Below the pieces are notes generated by a model. That model saw only the letters and a program-made list of their open reading frames with translations, had not been told where the DNA came from and ran no database searches. DNA of 64,000 nt from an uncultured Bacteroidales bacterium (GTDB lineage Bacteria; Bacteroidota; Bacteroidia; Bacteroidales; VadinHA17). Of this stretch, positions 41,352-52,146 are shown piece by piece. The position numbers and the translations under genes are program-made. The stretch lies in NCBI GenBank assembly GCA_963717685.1, contig OY970346.1, positions 1,454,981-1,518,980 on the forward strand, in the 5' to 3' direction. The stretch's first letter is position 1, and each line of letters opens with the position of its first letter.

Positions 41352-42437
41352 ATGAATAACAGATATGTAGTTATCATGGCTGGCGGAGTCGGCAGCAGGT
41401 TCTGGCCTTTAAGCCGTCGCCAAAAGCCTAAACAGTTTCTTGATATCCTGGGAACGGGCGAAACGCTGCTGCAGCAGACCTTCAGGCGATTTAAATCGAT
41501 TTGCCCGGAAAGCAATATTTTTATTGTCACGAATAATGAGCATAAGGATCTTGCCGTGGAACAGCTTGGCATTGATCCATCAAACGTTCTGGCCGAGCCA
41601 TTCAGACGCAATACAGCCCCGTGCCTTGCTTATGGCACATTCAGGATTTTAAAGGAAAATCCTGACGCTGTAATTGCAGTCACGCCGTCGGATCATATTA
41701 TTATGAAAGAAGACAAATTCAACAGCGTAATGCAGGAGTGCCTGGAATTTGTAACGGGGAATGATGCATTGCTTACCCTGGGAATTAAACCAGACAGGCC
41801 GGAAACGGGTTATGGTTACATACAGGCAGATCGCAAAAAGCCTGTAAAGGAATTGGATAATGTTCTGAAGGTAAAGACGTTCACGGAAAAGCCCGACATT
41901 GACCTTGCAAGGAAATTCATTCAGAGCGGGGATTTTTACTGGAATTCAGGTATTTTCATCTGGAACATAAAATCAATAATAGCTGCCTTCGAAAAATACC
42001 TGCCTGATGTATATTCGGCATTTGATGAGGGAAAAAGCATTTTCGGCACAAGGCAGGAAAAAAGCCTTATAAGGAGGATCTACACTGAATGCAAGAGCAT
42101 CTCGATTGACTATGGAATTATGGAGAAAGCAAGTAATGTCTATGTCATGTGCACTGATATCGGATGGTCTGATCTCGGGACCTGGAGTTCGCTCTATGAG
42201 CATTCGGCGGTCGACAAGAAAGGCAATTCGGTTGTCAGCGGAAATATATTTTCCTATGACAACAGGGGGAGCATCTTTAATATAATGCCTGGAAAGGTTG
42301 CTGTGATCCAGGGCCTTAAGAATTACATTGTTGTAGATTCAGACAATGTACTGCTGATAGTGAACAAGGAGGAAGAGCAGAATATAAAGAACTACCTGGA
42401 AGACGTAAAGAAAGAGACAAAGGCCAAGTATCTGTAG
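41352..42437 (+). CDS. Mannose-1-phosphate guanylyltransferase (NTP-transferase domain only)
   Basis: 361 aa. N-terminus VIMAGGVGSRFWPLSR, the sugar-nucleotidyltransferase signature. Confidence 0.8.
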   Translation: MNNRYVVIMAGGVGSRFWPLSRRQKPKQFLDILGTGETLLQQTFRRFKSICPESNIFIVTNNEHKDLAVEQLGIDPSNVLAEPFRRNTAPCLAYGTFRILKENPDAVIAVTPSDHIIMKEDKFNSVMQECLEFVTGNDALLTLGIKPDRPETGYGYIQADRKKPVKELDNVLKVKTFTEKPDIDLARKFIQSGDFYWNSGIFIWNIKSIIAAFEKYLPDVYSAFDEGKSIFGTRQEKSLIRRIYTECKSISIDYGIMEKASNVYVMCTDIGWSDLGTWSSLYEHSAVDKKGNSVVSGNIFSYDNRGSIFNIMPGKVAVIQGLKNYIVVDSDNVLLIVNKEEEQNIKNYLEDVKKETKAKYL

Positions 42438-42486
42438 TTACTGGTAACGGTTATACTGAGGTTATCAAATATCAAAGCGGACAAAC

Positions 42487-42520
42487 AAAAAAAAGGCCCT
42501 GTATTCCGGAGCCTCTTTTT
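42487..42520. terminator. Putative bidirectional terminator between convergent genes
   Basis: An A8 run, the imperfect hairpin ggccctgtattccggagcc (42495-42513) and a T5 run. Lies between the stop at 42437 (+) and the gldN stop at 42532 (-). Confidence 0.4.
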
Positions 42521-42531
42521 GTGAATATCTT

Positions 42532-43389
42532 TTAATATTCCCACAGGTCGTGCTCAAAATTAAACAGCTCCGTTTTTAATCGTTCCGATTCAAAAAGTGA
42601 AGATTTGCCTACAGTATACTGGTTAATATTCCTGTCGTTGTAGACATTGGACTCTCCATAAATTGTACTGCTGAATCTTCTCTGCATGAAAAGGTCATCG
42701 TATGATACTCTCTGGGCATCATTATTGGAACCAAAGACTTCATTCTTGGCAAGGACATCTCTAATGTCGTCAAATTTTACCCAGAATAACCATTTATTAA
42801 GAGTTCTGTTGAGTTCAGGATCAAAGCCCATGTATATCGGGCAGATTGCAATAATCCTGACATCGAGCCTCGAAAGCTTTTTATCAAAATACCATTCTTC
42901 ATAAAGCATGAGTTCCTTTATCTCTTCAGGCTTCGGTGTTCCGGGGATTATTGAATCGCGGGTATGACCTTCAGCATCAATCTGGATATGCTGTACCTGC
43001 GGTTTTGAACCCATTTGCGTCTGTATATCCTGATATGTTGTCGGAACAGTCATCTGCTGAGGCGAGTAAGCAGTAACCCTTCCGGAATGTATTTCGTCAA
43101 GAAGTATTCTTATGAAGCTTTTTCTGCCATCAGCCACAGTGGTGTCTGTAGGGTAATAAAGACATTCGTTCATTTTTTCCCGAAGGTCGATCAGGCGGTA
43201 ATATCTTTTTGACCAGGCAACATCAGCTTCCCTAAGGTAAGGGTATTCTATTTTTTTGGCATCAGGTATGGATTTTTGGTAAATATCACCGAAAGATTGT
43301 GCATTCACCGTTCCCGCAAGTGCCAGTCCAATTATACCCAAAACTATTTTTTTATCCATATCAGTTAAAATATAATGCTTATTAATCAA
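42532..43389 (-). CDS. gldN: Gliding motility / T9SS protein GldN (PorN)
   Basis: 285 aa. Has a signal peptide and sits last in the gldK-L-M-N order. 8-nt overlap with gldM. Confidence 0.8.
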   Translation of the reverse strand: MINKHYILTDMDKKIVLGIIGLALAGTVNAQSFGDIYQKSIPDAKKIEYPYLREADVAWSKRYYRLIDLREKMNECLYYPTDTTVADGRKSFIRILLDEIHSGRVTAYSPQQMTVPTTYQDIQTQMGSKPQVQHIQIDAEGHTRDSIIPGTPKPEEIKELMLYEEWYFDKKLSRLDVRIIAICPIYMGFDPELNRTLNKWLFWVKFDDIRDVLAKNEVFGSNNDAQRVSYDDLFMQRRFSSTIYGESNVYNDRNINQYTVGKSSLFESERLKTELFNFEHDLWEY

Positions 43390-44998
43390 CTTTAAATACC
43401 AATGCGTTCAGGGCCTGGGGTATTCCGTCAGGACCAACTGCCTTAATATCCTTAATGATCAGTGTTTGCCCTCTTGTCATCAATGCCATGGCACTTTTTT
43501 GACCTTGAGTGAGCTGATCGTTGGTACTAGGCACCTCAATGTCGCCCGTACGGCCGGTATAGAACACTGTAAAACCGGTTACCTTATAGGGAAGGTTAAA
43601 GTCAAAGCCCTCAAGCCTTGCAAACACACCGGCCTGAGACAACAGCACACTTTTCTGAACCAGGCCTCCGGATGCATTTGCAAATACGGCTTCAGCTTTT
43701 GGGATCCTTTTGACTCTGAACGGGTAAGGTTTATATGTAGTGGTTTTCCCGTTGGCATCTTTCGTGGAAACCACTATCTGAACATCCTGGGTAGGTGAAT
43801 TAGGCTTGATAAAATAGTTGCCTTTAAATTCTTCGCCATTGACGTTCTTTATTCTTTCATCAGTTTTTGCTCCGTTGATGACATTAATTGATATCTGATT
43901 CGGACTGAAACCGGGAACAGAAACATCGAGCGGATTGGGGATTCCGTAATACATGACGTTCATGGCTGTCGGAGAGCAAATAACATTTGGTTCGCCAACG
44001 GTATATGAAGCTGTGAAATTATATGGCATTTCACGACCATCGCCGGTTCTTAATGTAATAACGCCTCCCCATGATTTTGGACCGACAGAACCGGCTCTGA
44101 CAGTATATACTCCCCTTCCTAATTCATCGAGAGGAAGAACCTGGTTGTCCACAGTAATATTAGGCTGTTGCGTAGTATCGGTAGCCATAATGAACACAGC
44201 AGCGTTATAATTGCTTCCAACAGTAACGTAATTTGCATCAGGAATCACTATCGGCTGAAGCTTGTTGAATTTGAAGTATGACTTATCAATCTCGGTATAA
44301 AGATGGTTAATTACTTCCGTTTCTCCATTTCTGACATCCACCTGGATAGATGACATTAAAGCCAGAGCTCCAACGACAGGCATTGTCTGGAACATACGGT
44401 TAGGCCATGCTTCCATCACCTTATCCTCATTTAGTCCTGCTTCTGCGGTAAGACTTTTATTCAAAGCATCTTCGGCAATGGTATTACCCCCATTTTCATG
44501 AAGAGTCTGAATAAGGAAATTACGATAGTCATTAATCATGGTTCTTAAGGCAAAACCTTTTCCGGTTTCATTGGAAGCTATAAGTATCTGGGATGGCACA
44601 TTGGGGTCATCATATTTGCCAATTTTTTCAATGTCATATTCTGACCCTATGACAGCTTTTTCAGCAACTGCTTTTTCAGCTCCGTCAGCTGTTTTAATGA
44701 TAAAGATCTTGAGATCCTGGATATAGTTAAAAATTTCGTCAGCACGTTCCTTTACAGCAAAAGCAGCATCCTTATACTTTCCTGCTTTTGTATGATTTTC
44801 AGCATCGGCTCTGGTAAATTCATCATAAATAAGGTTATTCTTAATGCCATAATTCTTGACAGTCGTCATAAGACCCTGATCAACTCTTATAAATGCTTTC
44901 ACGGCTTCCTTTGATACGTTTAGGGCAAGCATGGCAGTAAGTACCAGGTACATCATACCGATCATCTTTTGCCGTGGTGATAGCTTTTCCTGAGTCAT
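43382..44998 (-). CDS. gldM: Gliding motility / T9SS protein GldM (PorM)
   Basis: 538 aa. N-terminus [25 protein letters not shown] is the typical GldM TM helix, followed by a long periplasmic region. Confidence 0.88.
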   Translation of the reverse strand: MTQEKLSPRQKMIGMMYLVLTAMLALNVSKEAVKAFIRVDQGLMTTVKNYGIKNNLIYDEFTRADAENHTKAGKYKDAAFAVKERADEIFNYIQDLKIFIIKTADGAEKAVAEKAVIGSEYDIEKIGKYDDPNVPSQILIASNETGKGFALRTMINDYRNFLIQTLHENGGNTIAEDALNKSLTAEAGLNEDKVMEAWPNRMFQTMPVVGALALMSSIQVDVRNGETEVINHLYTEIDKSYFKFNKLQPIVIPDANYVTVGSNYNAAVFIMATDTTQQPNITVDNQVLPLDELGRGVYTVRAGSVGPKSWGGVITLRTGDGREMPYNFTASYTVGEPNVICSPTAMNVMYYGIPNPLDVSVPGFSPNQISINVINGAKTDERIKNVNGEEFKGNYFIKPNSPTQDVQIVVSTKDANGKTTTYKPYPFRVKRIPKAEAVFANASGGLVQKSVLLSQAGVFARLEGFDFNLPYKVTGFTVFYTGRTGDIEVPSTNDQLTQGQKSAMALMTRGQTLIIKDIKAVGPDGIPQALNALVFKVD

Positions 44999-45036
44999 CT
45001 TATAGGTAGTTTAATTGGGTAAAAACAAATGCTGTA

Positions 45037-45993
45037 TTACTTTACATTCATTGCAGCAAGCATATTTCCATAAACATTATTCAGGGCCGAAAGGTTATCA
45101 TTAAGTTTTGTCACCTGTTCGCGGTATTTTTTAGTATCACCAGCTGAGTCAGCCAGATCTTTAACAAGTCCCTGGAGTTCTTTATAAAGAGCTTCGGATT
45201 GTTTAACATGATCATCAGCACCCTTTTTCTGCAGTTCGTAAACTGCATTAAGTGCGGAGAGGTTTTTGTTAAGTACCTCAAGCTGTTGCTGATATGATTT
45301 GCCTCCCACTTCAATAAGTGACAGGGAATCTGCCATATTCTTGTAGGTGGACCCCGTCTCATTAATCACTTTTGTTGTATTCTGGTATGATTCAGCGAGT
45401 TTGCCAAGAGAATCAGTTGCGCCGTTTATGGAATTCATATATTTTGACGAAGCAGCCGATATATCACCCATGGTGCTCATATTTGAAGTTGCATCTCCAA
45501 GCTTTTTCATTCCGACTCCCAGTTTCTGGAAGAGTTCGGGAGTGATATCGGCTTTTTCGAGCATCTCATCAAATTTTGAAAGAGCCACTGATCCGCCGCC
45601 GCCAATAAAACCGCCGCCGCCAATGATACCGCCACTTCCAATGATACCGCCACCGCCAGCTGCACCCCCTCCGGCAACGGCACCGCCACCGGCTATTGCG
45701 CCACCGCGGTATTTACCTCCATGTGAAGGAAGTCCTTCAGCTCCCTCATCAGGCATACCGGCCAATTCGGGATAAACCAAAGACCAGTCTACCTCTTCAT
45801 GCAAAGGTTCGAAGGCTGAGAAGAAGAAAATGACAGCTTCTGTTAACAGACCTATGGTAAGCATTGTTCCAGCCAATGGCCAGTGCTGTATTTTAAACAA
45901 TGCACCAGTTATTACGACGGAAGCACCTAAACCATAAAGTTTCTGGATGAAATTCTTCCACCCAGTGCTTTGGACTAATTCTGCTAGGCTCAT
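45037..45993 (-). CDS. gldL: Gliding motility / T9SS protein GldL (PorL)
   Basis: 318 aa. Two N-terminal TM helices (LYGLGASVVITGALFKIQHWP, LTIGLLTEAVIFFFSAF), a Gly-rich linker and a coiled-coil-like C-terminus. Confidence 0.88.
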   Translation of the reverse strand: MSLAELVQSTGWKNFIQKLYGLGASVVITGALFKIQHWPLAGTMLTIGLLTEAVIFFFSAFEPLHEEVDWSLVYPELAGMPDEGAEGLPSHGGKYRGGAIAGGGAVAGGGAAGGGGIIGSGGIIGGGGFIGGGGSVALSKFDEMLEKADITPELFQKLGVGMKKLGDATSNMSTMGDISAASSKYMNSINGATDSLGKLAESYQNTTKVINETGSTYKNMADSLSLIEVGGKSYQQQLEVLNKNLSALNAVYELQKKGADDHVKQSEALYKELQGLVKDLADSAGDTKKYREQVTKLNDNLSALNNVYGNMLAAMNVK

Positions 45994-46033
45994 ATACCTG
46001 ATAATTTTAGGGTTATTTCAATGTATAATTAAA

Positions 46034-47380
46034 TTATTCTGCTGCACCGATATAAGATCTTACATTTCTGAAGCCAACCCATGATTTTGATGAATCCTGG
46101 TATTCAAAATCCCTTGTGCTGACCTGGAGAAAATATGAAATATCCTTCCAGGAGCCACCACGAATGACCTTGCGTTTCATTATTGGAGGATCCTGGGGCA
46201 GTGCATTGTACTCATAATTGGGCATCAGGTCATGCTGGAAAATATAAGCTGATGGCTGATAAGCGCAGCATGTCCATTCCGAAACATTTCCTGCCATATC
46301 ATAAAGTCCGTATTCATTTGGTTCATAAGATCCGACTTTGCCGCAATATACATTGCCGTCGTCGATATAATTTCCACGAAGGGGTTTAAAGTTGGCAAGG
46401 AAGCACCCCTTGTTATTGCGGGTGTACGGGCCACCCCAGGGATACATTGAGAGATCCAGTCCCCCTCTGGCTGCATATTCCCATTCTGTTTCCAGGGGCA
46501 GCCTGTATTCCTGGACGTCAGCTATTCCGTTATTACGCAGTGCGTTATTCATGAAGTCGGTTCTCCAGTGACTGAAGGCTGTTGCCTGTACCCATGATAC
46601 TCCAACAACCGGATAATCATCAAATGAGGGATGCCAGAAATAGAGCGATGCCTGCGGGTCGTTGAATGAGTAAGTAAAATCCCTGATCCAGCAGAGTGTA
46701 TCCGGGTATATGTTCAGGACATAATGCAAAATAAATGATGAACGGTCCTTAACGTCAGTCCGTGTGCCGTCAAGATTTGACACTTTCCCCTCATATTTTC
46801 CCGTGCCGTTCTGATAATCCTGGACGTATCTTGATTTTGCAGCCTGCTGGTAATCAACTTTGAAATATGAATAGTTAAGTTTACGGACATCAACCTGTTT
46901 TGCCCCATTGAATCTTTCTTCGGGAGGATAATACATTTCTTCGATTATTCCCTTGGTCGTCTCCTCTTTCGGGTCTATCTTTTCATTCCAGTCGATGACG
47001 TGAGGTTCAATGACATTGTTATCAGCGTCGGTAATGAAATAATTTCTATTGGGAATGTTTGCATCTCCAAGCTTTGTCCTGAGGATGGAGTCGCGTACCC
47101 AGTAAACGAACTGACGGTATTTGTTGTTTGTGATTTCCGTCTGGTCCATCCAGAATGCATCGACAGTGACAGATTTTGAAAGGCTGTTCATTGCAAAGAA
47201 CGCATCCTGATCGCTGGGTCCCATCATAAAGTTTCCTGCAGGTATAAAGGCCATTTCCAGAGGTTCAGGTTCAAAAAATTTCTTTCTTCCCTGTACGCCC
47301 GTCAGCTCTCCGTTTTTTGCTGAGCGGCATCCGCTTAATAATAGCGCAACTAACAGGGCAGATAGGATTACCTTTTTCAT
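46034..47380 (-). CDS. gldK: Gliding motility / T9SS lipoprotein GldK (PorK), FGE-sulfatase/SUMF1 fold
   Basis: 448 aa. Lipobox LLLSGC and an FGE-type C-terminus (YGLYDMAGNVSEW, VIRGGSWKD). Confidence 0.9.
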   Translation of the reverse strand: MKKVILSALLVALLLSGCRSAKNGELTGVQGRKKFFEPEPLEMAFIPAGNFMMGPSDQDAFFAMNSLSKSVTVDAFWMDQTEITNNKYRQFVYWVRDSILRTKLGDANIPNRNYFITDADNNVIEPHVIDWNEKIDPKEETTKGIIEEMYYPPEERFNGAKQVDVRKLNYSYFKVDYQQAAKSRYVQDYQNGTGKYEGKVSNLDGTRTDVKDRSSFILHYVLNIYPDTLCWIRDFTYSFNDPQASLYFWHPSFDDYPVVGVSWVQATAFSHWRTDFMNNALRNNGIADVQEYRLPLETEWEYAARGGLDLSMYPWGGPYTRNNKGCFLANFKPLRGNYIDDGNVYCGKVGSYEPNEYGLYDMAGNVSEWTCCAYQPSAYIFQHDLMPNYEYNALPQDPPIMKRKVIRGGSWKDISYFLQVSTRDFEYQDSSKSWVGFRNVRSYIGAAE

Positions 47381-47426
47381 ATTTCTTTAGAATTTATAAT
47401 GCAAGTAAGTTATTTTTTTTTAATAA

Positions 47427-48371
47427 TCATAAAAATCTTATACTTTTATATCTCATCGGACTTTTTCCCAGACTCAGGTCAAAGCTATAATCGACCATCA
47501 GTTCATGAGATCCTGCAGAGCTTTTTGATATGTCGGAAAGCGTAAAATCATAAGAATAGCCTATCCTTATTCCGTTGAACAACTGGAATCCGACAATGCC
47601 TATCACTGCATCTCCGGCTCTGTATGAAACGCCTCCCCAGATCTTTTTATTATATCTTACGAGTGAAGTTACATTGAACTGCACTGCTTTACCATCACTG
47701 TATCCGAATATGGATGGCAGCAATTCAAGTGAAGGATTGGGAAGCTGAAGCGTGTAGCCGCCGGTAAGATAATAATGCCTGCTGACATATGTTTCACCTT
47801 TTGAAAACTTAATTGTAGGTTGATTGATATGGGTGATTGATACTGATACGTAGTATTTATCTGCCTTAAGGAATGCACCCAGTCCCGCATCGAATGCGAC
47901 TGCACTCTCATTATTGACAGGAATAAGCGGATCCTGGTCAGGCTGCGTGAATCCTTCTCCCTGAGGTATAACCCATGCCGGATTGATGGCTTCATCAAGA
48001 ATTCCAAGGTTGATGCCGATACCAAGTTTTGCAAAGTCAAGATCGAGGATATATGAATAGACACCCGAAATGCTTATATCCTTGTCAAATCCAATATTGT
48101 CGCTTTCAACAACAAGTCCCAGGCCGCTTTTTATTTTAAAAATTGAGACAGGAGCACTTATATTGAACAAGGTTGTTCTTGGAGCGCCGTCAAATCCAAC
48201 CCATTGTTGCCTGTTGACAGCAGTGGCATCGACCATACCTGAAGTTCCCGCAAAGCCGGGATTATAAGTCAGTATATCAAACATATACTGGCTTGTCACC
48301 GGATCCTGTTGCGAGTAGCCAGGAGAGGCTATTAAGACTAAAAAAAGAAATGCGATGCCAAATCTTTTCAT
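47427..48371 (-). CDS. porP: PorP/SprF-family T9SS outer-membrane protein
   Basis: 314 aa. Signal peptide followed by the hallmark QQDPVTSQYMFDILTYNPGFAG. Immediately upstream of gldK. Confidence 0.88.
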   Translation of the reverse strand: MKRFGIAFLFLVLIASPGYSQQDPVTSQYMFDILTYNPGFAGTSGMVDATAVNRQQWVGFDGAPRTTLFNISAPVSIFKIKSGLGLVVESDNIGFDKDISISGVYSYILDLDFAKLGIGINLGILDEAINPAWVIPQGEGFTQPDQDPLIPVNNESAVAFDAGLGAFLKADKYYVSVSITHINQPTIKFSKGETYVSRHYYLTGGYTLQLPNPSLELLPSIFGYSDGKAVQFNVTSLVRYNKKIWGGVSYRAGDAVIGIVGFQLFNGIRIGYSYDFTLSDISKSSAGSHELMVDYSFDLSLGKSPMRYKSIRFL

Positions 48372-48438
48372 TTCTTTACTAAAACAAGCAAAAAGTAAGA
48401 GTTAAGCAAGTAAAATAAATAAAAATCTAAAACGTAAA

Positions 48439-48446
48439 CAAATATA
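48439..48446 (-). promoter_or_regulatory. -7 box (TAnnTTTG on the minus strand) upstream of porP-gldKLMN
   Basis: Plus-strand caaatata is minus-strand TATATTTG, 68 nt upstream of the porP start, in an AT-rich 177-nt gap. Confidence 0.35.
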
Positions 48447-48548
48447 CTTTTATTTATTTAAAGGTAAAAAATCTTCCGTTTGATGAATAATGTTCTGCAA
48501 ATGATAAACGACAGAATGTAATTGATGAAGCGAAAGAATGCCTTGTTC

Positions 48549-49718
48549 TCAGGGCTTTAACCTTTCGGTCCCCTGGATCCATCTTTCAGGGACTTCATTT
48601 CTGTTAGCCTTAAGATAATCTTCATGAGAACAGGAGATATAGGAGTTCCTGTCGTTGACGGCAGGTATTTCCATCCACCATCTGTCTGTCAGGTTACTTC
48701 TGATAAATATCAGGTCATCATCTAGGTCAGTGACCCTGACGTGGTATTTTATAAATCTTCCGGAATGACTTTCGCTCAGGACGGGGGTTTCGTACTGTTT
48801 TTGTGAAAAGCCTTCAAGGAAAAACCATAATATTTGTGCAGCCAGTCCTGTAGTCTGGTTGCGTAAGTCAAGATCAGGATCCACATCGAATAATCCGAAT
48901 ATTTTCAGGTTGTCTGAAATACCTGCATATCTGGCAAGCAGGCATATCTCCTCTCCGTAGAAGCCATTTGGAGAAGGGCTTACATTACCCGGTGCCTCTG
49001 ATTGTCTTACTGAAGCTATATCAAAGATAGCCGCATCTGAATCCCTGAAAAGCGGTTCCATCAGATGAATAGCCTTCCTGACATCACCTGTCCTTACAAG
49101 TTCAGATTTCCTCTTCAGAAAGCGATTGATTACCTGCTGGTCATTGAGGTAAGTCTGATATCCTATGTTAATGAAATGTCCGAATGTACTCTTGTGATTT
49201 TGCAGTATTGAATTCAGGTAACTGAATGAATCGTGCTCTTTCTTTTCGTTTATGAAATCAATTCTTGAATCGACTGAAAGGAAAGTGTACCTTGTCTCCA
49301 GCCTGGTAAATGCATTGTCAACAGCGACAATCAAAGCACTGCTGCCCCCGATCATAACCGGGAAAATATTCCTGCTCATCAGGAAAATAAGGATATCCGT
49401 CAGCCCTGCCACCGTATCATTGAAAGTGACACCCTGTTTCATATTCCCAAGATCGATTATTTTGGATTTTCCGGGGATCCTCGAAAGCTTGAATAATTCT
49501 CTTCTGATTCCATCAGGCGCTTTCATGGTACCTGTTCCCGGGGAATTTCTGCCTTCCGGCACGCCAAATAGTGCAATTTTGTACTTTTCGGTTTCACTGA
49601 GCGTCAGGCTTTCGGTATGCACTGCTATGTTATGAGGGAACCCTGCATGGTTTGCCAGGTGTTCAATGCCGGCCTGTTCAATGCTAACCGGATCAAAATA
49701 ATCGTTAAGATCAATCAT
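48549..49718 (-). CDS. Arginase/formiminoglutamase-fold protein with degenerate metal-binding motifs
   Basis: 389 aa. The family boxes are recognisable but altered: IGGSSAL (for GGDHS), SVDSRID (for DAHxD), FDIASVRQSEAPG (for SxDxDxxDPxxAPG). There is also a ~100-aa C-terminal extension. Confidence 0.7.
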   Translation of the reverse strand: MIDLNDYFDPVSIEQAGIEHLANHAGFPHNIAVHTESLTLSETEKYKIALFGVPEGRNSPGTGTMKAPDGIRRELFKLSRIPGKSKIIDLGNMKQGVTFNDTVAGLTDILIFLMSRNIFPVMIGGSSALIVAVDNAFTRLETRYTFLSVDSRIDFINEKKEHDSFSYLNSILQNHKSTFGHFINIGYQTYLNDQQVINRFLKRKSELVRTGDVRKAIHLMEPLFRDSDAAIFDIASVRQSEAPGNVSPSPNGFYGEEICLLARYAGISDNLKIFGLFDVDPDLDLRNQTTGLAAQILWFFLEGFSQKQYETPVLSESHSGRFIKYHVRVTDLDDDLIFIRSNLTDRWWMEIPAVNDRNSYISCSHEDYLKANRNEVPERWIQGTERLKP

Positions 49719-49723
49719 ATGGA

Positions 49724-52027
49724 TCAGGAGCTCTTTTTGTTTTTATTGCTTTTCAGAATTATATCCAGACAATCTTCCCTGGTAAGTTTTTCAGGGTCTG
49801 TGCCTTTCGGAAGCCTGTAATTACTTTTATCTTTTGAAAGATATGGACCATATTTCCCATTCATTATCTGAACTTCTCCGTAATCCCTGATTACCTTTTT
49901 CTTTTCCTTTTCATTTTTTTCGTTGATTATTTCTTTAGCTCTCTCAATTGTCACGGAATACGGGTCGTCAGTTCCCTTTTTCAGGGAATAGAATTTGTTC
50001 TTATGTCTTATGTAGGGGCCGAACTTGCCAATCCCGACTGTCATTTCTTCACCGTCATATGATCCAAGCGAACGCGGAAGGCGGAAAAGGTCAAGAGCTT
50101 CCCCAAGCGTTATTGTTTCCAGCAGCTGGTTTTTTGCAAGACTTGCAAACCTGGGTTTATTGCCATTTTCAGAATTTCCTATCTGTGCAACCGGACCGAA
50201 TCTTCCCATCCTGACCGTCACGGGCTCGCCCGTTTCAGGCTGTTTTCCAAGAAGCCTGGTTCCTGTCTTTCGGTCTTTTTTTTCAAGGGTGTTTTCGATA
50301 GTTTTGTGGAACGGGCCATAGAAGTCGTGGAGCATACTCGTCCATTTAAGCTTTCCGAGAGCTATCATGTCAAATTGTGCCTCCTCCTCGGCAGTGAAAT
50401 TGTAATCGACGATTTCGGAAAAATTCTCGATAAGAAAATCATTGACTATCATGCCAATATCCTGTGGAAATAATTTTGATTTTTCCCTTCCTGCGATCTC
50501 GGCCTTCAGTGTCGAAGAAATTTTTTCGCTATCAAGCCTTATGATCCTGACATTTCGTTTTTCTCCTGGTCTGTCTTCCCTTGAGACATATCCCCGGTTC
50601 TGAATGGTAGAAATTGTAGGTGCGTATGTCGAAGGCCGGCCTATGCCAAGTTCCTCCAGCTTTTTGACCAGGCTTGCTTCAGTATACCTGGGAGGCGGTG
50701 AAGTAAACTTCTGGGTGGCGTCAATAGTGTTATAAAACAAAGGCATTCCATTTTTTACAAGCGGCATTGCATACCTTTCATCATCCCCGTTTTCCTGATC
50801 GGTCGATTCAGTATATAATTTAAGGAAACCATCGAATTTGATGACCTCACCGGAAGCATTGAATTTGACCGCAGAATTGCTCATTTCAATTGTTATCGTA
50901 GTTTTTTCAACCTGAGCATCGGCCATCTGGGATGCGATGGTTCTTTTCCATATCAGGTCATAGAGATTCTTTTCATTCTGATTTCCGGAAATCGTCAAAT
51001 TGTCAGGATAAGCCGGACGGATTGCTTCATGGGCTTCCTGTGCACCTTTGGTCCTGGTCTTGAACTGGCGGGTCTTTGAATATTTTTCCCCGAATTCGGA
51101 TATAATTATTTCGCGTGATTTTGCCAGGGCAAGTTTTGAAAGATTTGTGGAATCGGTCCTCATATAGGTGATCTTTCCTGCCTCATAAAGCTTCTGCGCC
51201 ACAACCATCGTTTGAGCCACGGAGAATCCCAGCTTACGATAGGCCTCCTGCTGAAGCGTTGATGTCGTGAAGGGAGGTGCGGGAGATCTGGTTCCGGGCT
51301 TTACCGTTACGGCCGATACGGTATATCGTGATGCATTGCATAATTCCAGGAATTCATTTGCTTCTTTTTCACCGGGGAATCGGGTTGACGCTTCTGCCCT
51401 GATCAAGCCGGCATCCATTTTGTCTGTATCCTGGGAAAAGGCTGCGGTAATCTTAAATGATGATTCCGTTTTGAAGCGTATTATTTCCCTTTCACGCTCA
51501 ACTATCAGTCTTACAGCCACTGACTGTACTCTGCCGGCAGAAAGTGCAGGCTGGACTTTTTTCCACAATACAGGGGATATCTCAAAACCCACAAGCCTGT
51601 CAAGTATCCGGCGGGCCTGCTGGGAATTGACAAGATTCATGTCGATGGTCCTGGGATTTTCAATTGCCTCAGTGATGGCATCCTTTGTAATCTCATGGAA
51701 CACAATCCTTTTTGTTGTATTCAGGTCAAGGTCAAGGACATTGGCAAGATGCCAGGCAATTGCTTCGCCTTCACGGTCCTCATCAGATGCTATCCAGATA
51801 TTTTTTGCCCCGGAGGCCGCTTTGCGAAGATCGCTTACCACTTTGGCCTTTTCCCTGGGTATTTCATAATCAGGTGCAAAATCCTTTTCAATATTTATCC
51901 CAAGGTTTTTTTTCGCAAGATCCCTGATATGTCCAAAGCTTGATATTACACGGAAATCTTTTCCAAGAAACTTCTCAATGGTTTTTGCCTTTGCAGGTGA
52001 CTCAACAATAACAAGATTTTCGATCAT
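49724..52027 (-). CDS. topA: DNA topoisomerase I
   Basis: 767 aa. Toprim N-terminus LVIVESPAKAKTIEKFLG, active-site Tyr motif YMRTDS and Lys-rich C-terminal repeats. Confidence 0.95.
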   Translation of the reverse strand: MIENLVIVESPAKAKTIEKFLGKDFRVISSFGHIRDLAKKNLGINIEKDFAPDYEIPREKAKVVSDLRKAASGAKNIWIASDEDREGEAIAWHLANVLDLDLNTTKRIVFHEITKDAITEAIENPRTIDMNLVNSQQARRILDRLVGFEISPVLWKKVQPALSAGRVQSVAVRLIVEREREIIRFKTESSFKITAAFSQDTDKMDAGLIRAEASTRFPGEKEANEFLELCNASRYTVSAVTVKPGTRSPAPPFTTSTLQQEAYRKLGFSVAQTMVVAQKLYEAGKITYMRTDSTNLSKLALAKSREIIISEFGEKYSKTRQFKTRTKGAQEAHEAIRPAYPDNLTISGNQNEKNLYDLIWKRTIASQMADAQVEKTTITIEMSNSAVKFNASGEVIKFDGFLKLYTESTDQENGDDERYAMPLVKNGMPLFYNTIDATQKFTSPPPRYTEASLVKKLEELGIGRPSTYAPTISTIQNRGYVSREDRPGEKRNVRIIRLDSEKISSTLKAEIAGREKSKLFPQDIGMIVNDFLIENFSEIVDYNFTAEEEAQFDMIALGKLKWTSMLHDFYGPFHKTIENTLEKKDRKTGTRLLGKQPETGEPVTVRMGRFGPVAQIGNSENGNKPRFASLAKNQLLETITLGEALDLFRLPRSLGSYDGEEMTVGIGKFGPYIRHKNKFYSLKKGTDDPYSVTIERAKEIINEKNEKEKKKVIRDYGEVQIMNGKYGPYLSKDKSNYRLPKGTDPEKLTREDCLDIILKSNKNKKSS

Positions 52028-52120
52028 TTAGAGCGAGATTATTCTTTTTAAAAATATGGCAAAGTAAATCAATTAGGTTCCAAACTTCAAAATAAACCGT
52101 CAAGATTCTTCGGTTTTTAC

Positions 52121-52128
52121 TATTTTTG
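52121..52128 (+). promoter_or_regulatory. -7 box (TAnnTTTG) upstream of the PBP1A gene
   Basis: tatttttg at 52121-52128 overlaps the TTG (52126) used as start in the ORF track. This favours the ATG at 52147. Confidence 0.4.
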
Positions 52129-52146
52129 AAGCAAATTTCCGACCCG

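Noticed and set aside
45347-45775. 142-aa proline-rich ORF (…PPPPIKPPPPMIPPLPMIPPPPAAPPP…) on the + strand
   Set aside because: It is the antisense translation of the Gly-rich linker of gldL (GGN codons read as NCC). It lies entirely inside a well-supported gene.
51267-51869. 200-aa + strand ORF inside topA
   Set aside because: It is a shadow ORF antisense to topA and shows no recognisable motifs.
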